Source of the DNA: Candidatus Helarchaeota archaeon
Lineage (GTDB): Archaea > Asgardarchaeota > Lokiarchaeia > Helarchaeales > RDOG01
Assembly (NCBI GenBank): GCA_029838215.1
Contig: JALGVI010000068.1
Coordinates: forward strand, 1-15,413
Direction: 5' to 3'
Length of the DNA: 15,413 bases
Shown here in pieces: positions 8,089 to 13,778 of this stretch (positions are counted from its first letter, which is position 1; every line of letters begins with the position of its first letter). Both the position numbers and the translations under genes were made by a program. A model generated the notes under the pieces. The model searched no databases. It was not told the origin of the DNA and saw nothing but the letters and a program-made list of their open reading frames with translations.

Positions 8089-8973
8089 ATGTTACATTCC
8101 AAAAAAAAATTACATGGAAAGAAGTTGAATGGCATGGAAATGTCAACAAAATTCACTCAAGAACAAGGCATTGAAAAAGTCTTGGCAAAAAAAGAAACGC
8201 TAAAAGCGTTCTTGTTATCCGGTTTAATCGCTCCCATCACGTGCCTGATTACCTGTGGCGTGCTTTGGGGGATTGAATTAGATCCAACCAGTGCAACGTT
8301 GCCCCTGAATTTATTTCTACTCTTACTGGGATTCGTACTCATTTTCGTTGGAATGGTTCCAATCTTCGTTGTAACCCTAATTGTTGGGGTTTACATGGTC
8401 AAGTATGTCAAAACATTCTCATACCGCTTGACGAATAACCACGTGGAAGTCAAGCACGGCGTCTTTACAAAGGAAAAAAACATGATCCCGTATTCCCGAA
8501 TCCAGAACATCAACGTGGTCAACGGAATATTTGACCGCTTGTTCGGCGTGTTCACGTTAAAAATCGAGACGGCAGGAACATCTGGAACCGAACAAAAAAC
8601 CGCCGAGGGACACATTCCGGGCGTGAAAAACCCGCAGGAATTCGAGGCGCAATTAAAACAATTGCTTGATAAATATAGCGTCCTTCCATCGGGACTCGAA
8701 GAAAAGATCTTTAAGCCGCAGGAATTGGCATTCGATAACTTTGTCTCCTATATTCTATCAAAAATGAGGGATAAGGATGACATCTTGAAGACGAAGATCA
8801 CAGCAATTCGGGAAAAAATGAATATGGGCGTTCAGGAACTAGCCGAAAAAGTAGGAGTCAAGCCCGAAACCATCGAGCTCTTGGAAGCGGGTAGATATAC
8901 ACCCTCACTTTCACTGGCTTACAAGATCGCCAGGGAACTAAATGCAAGCATCGAAGAAATCTTCATTCTATAA
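8089..8973 (+). CDS. Membrane-anchored bPH_2 (bacterial PH, YdbS/YdbT-like, PF03703) domain protein fused to a C-terminal XRE/Cro-C1-type HTH
   Basis: 294-aa ORF. Two hydrophobic helices are present (FLLSGLIAPITCLITCGVLWGI and LFLLLLGFVLIFVGMVPIFVVTLIVGVYMV). They are followed by YSYRLTNNHVEVKHGVFTKEKNMIPYSRIQNINVVNGIFDRLFGVFTLKIETAGTSG, which matches the bPH_2 pattern (Y.lt...l....G.l.r....ip..rIq.v...q....r..gl..l.i.TAG). The C-terminal ITAIREKMNMGVQELAEKVGVKPETIELLEAGRYTPSLSLAYKIARELNASIEEIF is a canonical HTH_3. The start is uncertain: ATG at 8089, or ATGs at 8134 or 8140 (MEMSTKF). Confidence 0.7.
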   Translation: MLHSKKKLHGKKLNGMEMSTKFTQEQGIEKVLAKKETLKAFLLSGLIAPITCLITCGVLWGIELDPTSATLPLNLFLLLLGFVLIFVGMVPIFVVTLIVGVYMVKYVKTFSYRLTNNHVEVKHGVFTKEKNMIPYSRIQNINVVNGIFDRLFGVFTLKIETAGTSGTEQKTAEGHIPGVKNPQEFEAQLKQLLDKYSVLPSGLEEKIFKPQELAFDNFVSYILSKMRDKDDILKTKITAIREKMNMGVQELAEKVGVKPETIELLEAGRYTPSLSLAYKIARELNASIEEIFIL

Positions 8974-8996
8974 GTTTTTTTCATTTTTATCTGCCA
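8974..8996 (+). terminator. T-rich tract (gtttttttcatttttatc) immediately after the stop of 8089..8973; possible oligo-T terminator or attenuator
   Basis: Read directly in the sequence. There is no strong hairpin. Oligo-T terminators are typical of archaea, but this may simply reflect AT-rich DNA. Confidence 0.2.
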
Positions 8997-9398
8997 ATGC
9001 AGGGTGAAACAGTGCGACTACGAAGAAAATTGGTCTCAAACATGAAAAAATTGCGGGCTGAGAAGAAAATCACCCAAGAACAATTGGCCGAAGCCATCGG
9101 CATCACGCGACAAACAATTTCCTATCTCGAAAAAGGAGAATACAATCCATCGCTTAAAATAGCTCACGACATTGCCAAATTCTTCGATAAAGCCATTGAT
9201 GAAGTCTTTCAATACGAGCCCATCCTGAAAATAAAACGTGAACAATTCAATCTCTCTCAAGATCAACTCGCAACCCTGATCGGAGTAAACGTGAAAGAGA
9301 TCATCAAGCTGGAGAATGAAGAATTCGACGAAATTCCCGTTTTTGCAACGAAACTGGCTCAGCAACTGAATTGCACGCTAGATGATTTATTCGAATGA
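8997..9398 (+). CDS. Tandem double XRE-family HTH (two HTH_3 domains) transcriptional regulator
   Basis: 133-aa ORF. The first domain is MKKLRAEKKITQEQLAEAIGITRQTISYLEKGEYNPSLKIAHDIAKFFDKAIDEVF, a textbook Cro/C1 signature (Q...LA...G.....IS..E.G...P). The second is IKREQFNLSQDQLATLIGVNVKEIIKLENEE...ATKLAQQLNCTLDDLF. The canonical family N-terminus (MKKLR...) suggests the true start may be the ATG at 9043 rather than 8997. Confidence 0.75.
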   Translation: MQGETVRLRRKLVSNMKKLRAEKKITQEQLAEAIGITRQTISYLEKGEYNPSLKIAHDIAKFFDKAIDEVFQYEPILKIKREQFNLSQDQLATLIGVNVKEIIKLENEEFDEIPVFATKLAQQLNCTLDDLFE

Positions 9399-9435
9399 TC
9401 AAATAATGTTGCTATAGATTTAAATCTCAGGAAAT

Positions 9436-9457
9436 GGATGAAACACCATCTTTTTTT
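9436..9457 (+). terminator. Short stem (GGATG-aaacac-CATC) followed by T7; candidate intrinsic or oligo-T terminator after the double-HTH gene
   Basis: Read directly in the sequence at 9436..9457. The stem is only 4-5 bp, so this is weak. Confidence 0.25.
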
Positions 9458-9532
9458 CTCAGAAATTGATTGCGTTATTGTTCCGTGCTCATAAATAAGC
9501 ATTGAAGTAAATATATTAAATATAGAAAATTA

Positions 9533-9799
9533 ATGAGAGAAATGATGATGAGTAAATTCAAGCGAATTGTTCGTGATCCCGAAATTTGTGGAGGACAACC
9601 GACTATTAAAGGCACTCGCGTGTTGGTTTTGGACATTCTGGATTGGATGAAAGAAGGAAAAGACTTTAATGAAATAATATCGAATTTTCCATCCATAACT
9701 CGTGAAGACATTCAGGAAATTATTGCTTATGCAAAGGAAATGATTGCTGGTGAAGTCATCATCTACGGATCTAAAGAAGGCAAGGTTTCTATTGGATGA
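9533..9799 (+). CDS. DUF433 (PF04255) family protein, the predicted antitoxin-like partner of DUF5615/PIN-like proteins
   Basis: 88-aa ORF. IVRDPEICGGQPTIKGTRVLVLDILDWMKEGKDFNEIISNFPSITREDIQEIIAYAKE matches the DUF433 hallmark (dP.i.gG.P.i.GTRi.V..il..l..G.s.eeI...yP.lt.edI..al.yA). The start may be the ATG at 9548 (MSKFKR...), which is preceded by GAGAGA, instead of 9533. An unusual ~17-aa C-terminal tail overlaps the next gene. Confidence 0.75.
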   Translation: MREMMMSKFKRIVRDPEICGGQPTIKGTRVLVLDILDWMKEGKDFNEIISNFPSITREDIQEIIAYAKEMIAGEVIIYGSKEGKVSIG

Positions 9800-10115
9800 G
9801 AACGTGCCGATAAAACTTAAACGCGTGTTTGATGAGCGTGGAATCTCCTGCTTTACCATTAAGGAAAAAGGCTGGTTGGGGATTAAAAATGGTGAATTAT
9901 CGCTTGAGGTAAATGAAAAGGATTATATCCTACTTACGAGAGACAAAGACTTCACATTCCTTTGGCAAAAATTCCAAATAAAAGTTATTTATTCTGCCAT
10001 TGAACCTGCGATACTTGAATTCATTAAATCTAAAGTGATTTTTTTGCTCGATAATTGGGAGCATGATATATCAAAACCATTTTTACAAAAAGATACTATC
10101 CGATTTTGGAAATGA
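9744..10115 (+). CDS. DUF5615 (PF18480; PIN-like/Mut7-C-related) putative toxin partner of DUF433
   Basis: RFLLDENVPIKLKRVFDERGISCFTIKEKGWLGIKNGELSLEVNEKDYILLTRDKDFT matches the DUF5615 consensus (kfLlDEn.p..l...L...G..v..v.e.g..G..D.el...a.e...iLlT.DkDF). The frame has no ATG before the domain. The candidate starts are TTG at 9744 or GTG at 9750, which gives a 50-56 nt overlap with the DUF433 gene in the +1 frame. Confidence 0.7.
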   Translation: MLVKSSSTDLKKARFLLDENVPIKLKRVFDERGISCFTIKEKGWLGIKNGELSLEVNEKDYILLTRDKDFTFLWQKFQIKVIYSAIEPAILEFIKSKVIFLLDNWEHDISKPFLQKDTIRFWK

Positions 10116-10193
10116 CATTAACTTAAAACAGGCTAAGCCTAATTGAATTTTGTATTGGACTAATATGATCAATAGAGTAATTGTCAATCCAAT

Positions 10194-11066
10194 TTATTTC
10201 TTTTTATATTTAATTGCATCAGAAGGACAAATATCAACGCATCGCATGCATTGATAGCACTCCGATTTTTTACTGTCTTCAAATGCTTCCCCTGTTGGAC
10301 AAACCTTTTCACATGCTTTACATTGAATGCATTTATCAGTTCTACGAAGTTTAAAGATGCTAAATCGACTCGTCAACCAAGCAATGGTTCCAAAAGGACA
10401 AAGAAGCCTGCACCACGGGCGATAAACAAAGACACTTGATACCAAAATAATGATAAATAAAATTATTGGGATCAATATCACTTGTAAATTTAAGATATTA
10501 GTTGAAATCGTAAATGCATTAAAGGGGTTTATTATTGAGAATAAAGCGAAAGACCAAATGAGTGTCAAAACAATACTACCGATGAATATACACAATCTAA
10601 AATAATTTGCGAATTTTTCAGGAATCTCGATAACGTATTTATGCTTCTTCACTTTTTTACCAATAATTAATTTTGAAGTTAATTCTTGCACGGACCCTAA
10701 AGGACAAACATAACTGCAGAATGTTCGCCCGAAGATTAATGTCGAAACGGTAAATACCATTAAGATCACTAAAAATACAATCATGGTCGGGAGAATCATT
10801 AAAGCCGTGTTTGGATTGTGAACGGCATTAGACATGATTAAAAGCACTTGTTGAAAGGCAAACACGGGATGAGCTCCCGATCCCAATATAAATCCCGGAA
10901 CAATGATTGAAGCCAATAAAATGACAATTGAAACTTTTTTGTTCATTTTATCCTTAAACAAAAGGATTACTGCAATTGCGAAAAGAATGACATAAGAAAT
11001 CAGTATTGGTATCATCATTTGCGGATTTAGAAAGGGACTATTTGCCAACATGGATACCATCTTCAT
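10194..11066 (-). CDS. Membrane-bound polyferredoxin of the NapH/MauN/YccM type (COG0348-like): multiple TM helices, two C-x-x-x-C-P-x-G motifs (CSYVCPLG, CRLLCPFG) and two C-terminal 4Fe-4S ferredoxin motifs (CIQCKACEKVCP, CYQCMRCVDICP)
   Basis: 290-aa ORF with an ATG at 11066, preceded by AGGAGA (11069..11074 on the minus strand). The cysteine motifs were read directly. The architecture is characteristic of NapH-like integral membrane iron-sulfur proteins. Confidence 0.8.
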   Translation of the reverse strand: MKMVSMLANSPFLNPQMMIPILISYVILFAIAVILLFKDKMNKKVSIVILLASIIVPGFILGSGAHPVFAFQQVLLIMSNAVHNPNTALMILPTMIVFLVILMVFTVSTLIFGRTFCSYVCPLGSVQELTSKLIIGKKVKKHKYVIEIPEKFANYFRLCIFIGSIVLTLIWSFALFSIINPFNAFTISTNILNLQVILIPIILFIIILVSSVFVYRPWCRLLCPFGTIAWLTSRFSIFKLRRTDKCIQCKACEKVCPTGEAFEDSKKSECYQCMRCVDICPSDAIKYKKK

Positions 11067-11322
11067 TATCTCCTATTAAAATTTTACACTTGATCATTTC
11101 AATGATATAGAAAAATAGGAAATGGTCATGGTCATTACTAATCTTTTATGGGTAATTTAAATTTTTTATATTGTTCAACTACCTCTAAAACTACTTTATC
11201 CATTTGTACCTTTTCTTGTTTTGATAGTTTAGGAGTTCAAAGCTCGTTTCTTTTAATCCATTTGATTGGTTTCATTCTAATTCCCGGTAATTCATTTAAA
11301 TAATCCGATCTAAAAATCGTTT

Positions 11323-12669
11323 TTATTCTATTTTTCTCACAAAATTTGCGAAGTAAACTGTCTTTTTTGGATTTTCTCCTGTAATTTGGATGAGAACCTC
11401 TTCGTCATTCAATAATTTTATACCAGCTCTTATGAACACGATTTTACCATCGGGATGTCTAGCAATATACGTTCCTTTTGGTGTTTGTTCCATTATTTTT
11501 ACTTCAATTATGTTATTTGCTTGTTTTTTCTCAGGGAAAAATTGAATGTCATCAACAACCGGGATAAGTGATTCGGCAAGACCTCTACTTGAAGAAATTG
11601 CGAGAATGATCTTAATATCGTGTTCTTTTTTGACGTCTTTTATAAAATTCAAGAAGTCTTGGTCTTTTGTACCTAAAATGAGAATGTTTGGAGGTGATTT
11701 TGTTTTTAATTTCTCTCGAATTTCATCCCGCATTAAATAATCAATATCTTTATGACTTTCTAAAATTTTATACCCAAGTCGGGAGATCTCCTTTTTATCA
11801 ATAGAACAATCCTGAATCTTGGTCAAATAATAAATATTGGCATTGGTATCCATTGAGTAAGCATAATCTCGAACTTGCTTCAAGTCTAATCGATCATTGT
11901 AATTTTTTCCTAAGGAATTGGGTCCGTCTATCATTACCAAAACGAGGTCTTTAATGCGTGCTTTCTGATATCGTTGTTTAAGCTGAAATGTTTTTTCTAA
12001 TTGTTTTAGAGAGGGTGATGATGCTTGTTGTATCTTCTTTAAATCTTTGCAAAGAAACCAGAAAAATCCATCTAAATAAACAAGATCTGTCCCGATTTTA
12101 TCAGCAAGAGCAAGTAATAATTCATTAAATATTTCATAACTCTTCCCTAAATTACTTCGTAGCTTGAAATTAACGCCTAGAACCGAAATTGCTTCTATTG
12201 ATTTTCTATTCATTACTCCGTATCGATTTGGATCCTGAATCATCAATAACCCTGTTGAAATGTTCTTTCCTAAACCTCGAACGTGAGCTGTTCCGCTTCT
12301 CTTCACGACTTTATTGATCCGTTCGATAATTGGTTGATTCTCATCAAACAAAGTTTTCAAGGCATTTCTTAAACGGTCCATATCTTCAACTGCTTTATTT
12401 CCCACACGGGGTAAACCAGTCCAAGAAAAATTCGTGCGAAATTGTAGAAAATCTAAAAAATCGTATTTTTGCAAAAAATCTAAGCGTTTTACTTGAAATA
12501 CTTCACGGAATCGCTCATAAACCTTTTTTCTATCCTGAATCCAAATCTCTCCCGTTTCCCAATAGATTCCACTAACATCAATTGGAGTAATTAAGAATTG
12601 GTTAAACCTTTCCTTAATGTATTTAATATCAAAAATGTCTTCTATTACTTTAAGATTGAAACCATTCAA
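11323..12669 (-). CDS. 448-aa protein: unrecognised ~230-aa N-terminal domain, then an NYN (PF01936, PIN-like RNase) domain, then a C-terminal TRAM (PF01938) RNA-binding domain
   Basis: TTG start at 12669 with GAGG/AGGT 4-12 nt upstream. NYN strand 1 is DLVLVMIDGPNSL (the D-G-x-N signature). The later NILILGTKDQDFLNFIKDVKKEHDIKIILAISSSRGLAESLIPVVDD matches the NYN pattern ivLvSgDsDF.pl...l...G..V.v.g....s..L...aD. The C-terminal KGTYIARHPDGKIVFIRAGIKLLNDEEVLIQITGENPKKTVYFANFVRKIE looks like a TRAM barrel (dG..vF......pGe.v.v.I...k...a.a..v). It begins 58 nt downstream of the HEPN gene on the same strand. Confidence 0.7.
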   Translation of the reverse strand: MNGFNLKVIEDIFDIKYIKERFNQFLITPIDVSGIYWETGEIWIQDRKKVYERFREVFQVKRLDFLQKYDFLDFLQFRTNFSWTGLPRVGNKAVEDMDRLRNALKTLFDENQPIIERINKVVKRSGTAHVRGLGKNISTGLLMIQDPNRYGVMNRKSIEAISVLGVNFKLRSNLGKSYEIFNELLLALADKIGTDLVYLDGFFWFLCKDLKKIQQASSPSLKQLEKTFQLKQRYQKARIKDLVLVMIDGPNSLGKNYNDRLDLKQVRDYAYSMDTNANIYYLTKIQDCSIDKKEISRLGYKILESHKDIDYLMRDEIREKLKTKSPPNILILGTKDQDFLNFIKDVKKEHDIKIILAISSSRGLAESLIPVVDDIQFFPEKKQANNIIEVKIMEQTPKGTYIARHPDGKIVFIRAGIKLLNDEEVLIQITGENPKKTVYFANFVRKIE

Positions 12670-12727
12670 GATACCTCGCCTCTCGATCTTTTAACATCAT
12701 TATTTATCATTTATCTCTTTTTCAGAA

Positions 12728-13756
12728 TTATATAAGATCTTCGAAATTATACTTCCAACTATTGGAATAAATTTCAAAATAATCGATCCAAAGACTTCTC
12801 ACGGTGTCATCCTTTGACTCTCTCATTAATTCATTAATTTTATAATCAAAAAGGGTTGTGAACCATGTCATTATATTGGAGAGTACTTGAAATTTTTCAT
12901 GTATTTGCTTATCACGGAATTTCGTTTTATAAGCTTCGAATTCGAGTTTTTCTGGGTTTATATAATAATTACCGTGAGCTAGATCATTCCTCACGCGGTA
13001 ATCAAAGATATCGAGGTATTTGTTTTTCGCCTGTTCTTGATTATCATTCTTAAGTGGTATTCTTAAAAACCCAGGTAAAAGGTATCGATATAGATGGTTT
13101 GCATTAATTGTATCTTTCTCTTTTGCGATCTTATGCTGATTTTGTTTTTCCCAAATTTTTTTAATTAGATAAAAAACAAAGTGCGCAAAAGATTCATATG
13201 AATTGAAATAGAGCGATAGATGAATGTACAACTTCAGATTGGGTCTTTTTTCAAGATCCTCACTCCAGTGTCTTCGGACAATACCCGCAATATGATTTAT
13301 CTGATATATCCTTTTCCTATATAGCTGATTTTCTCGATCCTTAAATAGATATTTAAAAATAGCTGAATTGTTCTTATTAAAACTCTCATAAAATTCAATA
13401 AAAAGCTTTTCAAAACTCTTCTCAATCGTTTCAACATCATATCCTGCCGTTTCTAAATCTTCCCGGGCACTAACTATTAGATGGCTTATATATTTATTTA
13501 ACTCATTTATATCATTGAGGAGATCCTCCATTTCCAGTGATTCTTTTTTCTCATTTAGCTCACGAAGAAATGGTTTGAATTTCTCTTCGAAGATGTTTTT
13601 ATCTAAAAGATTATATTCTATTTGAAGCCGATACTCCCTCATTTTCTGGCACCATTTTTGATTTCGATAATTTATTTTGTTGTCTAAGTGCTGTAAGTAA
13701 TAAATAGTCCTCATTAATGGTATCAAAAAACTTTCTGATGCGGATGTTTCTTTCAA
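12728..13756 (-). CDS. HEPN-superfamily protein with an R-x4-H motif (RVRNDLAHGNYY); AbiD/AbiF (Abi_2)- or DUF4145-like putative abortive-infection RNase
   Basis: 342-aa all-helical-looking K/E/L-rich ORF. The motif F-D-Y-R-V-R-N-D-L-A-H-G was checked on the DNA at about 12962..12997. The annotated start is a TTG at 13756, which lies 22 nt after the upstream gene's stop and has no obvious SD. An alternative ATG lies at 13714. The RN..AH form of the HEPN motif is typical of Abi_2/AbiD/AbiF and related families. Confidence 0.6.
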   Translation of the reverse strand: MKETSASESFLIPLMRTIYYLQHLDNKINYRNQKWCQKMREYRLQIEYNLLDKNIFEEKFKPFLRELNEKKESLEMEDLLNDINELNKYISHLIVSAREDLETAGYDVETIEKSFEKLFIEFYESFNKNNSAIFKYLFKDRENQLYRKRIYQINHIAGIVRRHWSEDLEKRPNLKLYIHLSLYFNSYESFAHFVFYLIKKIWEKQNQHKIAKEKDTINANHLYRYLLPGFLRIPLKNDNQEQAKNKYLDIFDYRVRNDLAHGNYYINPEKLEFEAYKTKFRDKQIHEKFQVLSNIMTWFTTLFDYKINELMRESKDDTVRSLWIDYFEIYSNSWKYNFEDLI

Positions 13757-13778
13757 TTCGAAATTTATGACCTATAAT

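Noticed and set aside
8157-8615. Two minus-strand ORFs (8157..8342 and 8391..8615)
   Set aside because: They are antisense to the well-supported bPH_2-HTH CDS and have no recognisable features.
9744-9799. Idea that DUF433 and DUF5615 are a single frameshifted pseudogene or fusion
   Set aside because: Both domains appear complete and intact in their own frames, and DUF433/DUF5615 normally occur as separate adjacent genes. Overlap with translational coupling is the simpler explanation. It is retained only as a minor alternative in the findings.
9036-9859. Minus-strand ORFs 9036..9365, 9475..9711 and 9530..9859
   Set aside because: They are antisense to the double-HTH and DUF433 genes, whose domain signatures are unambiguous on the plus strand. 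Their translations are low-complexity and F/L-rich, typical of antisense reads of AT-rich coding DNA.
10116-10193. Possible bidirectional terminator between the convergent DUF5615 and polyferredoxin genes (AGGCT-a-AGCCT, and ATTGGA ... TCCAAT with a 28-nt loop)
   Set aside because: The first stem has a 1-nt loop, which is sterically implausible. The second has a very large loop and a weak stem. This is not convincing as an intrinsic terminator, and the T-rich flank is indistinguishable from the background AT-richness.
10251-13053. Plus-strand short ORFs 10251..10439, 11546..11740, 12330..12575 and 12865..13053
   Set aside because: Each is embedded antisense in a longer minus-strand CDS with clear domain motifs (polyferredoxin, NYN-TRAM, HEPN). 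No independent support.
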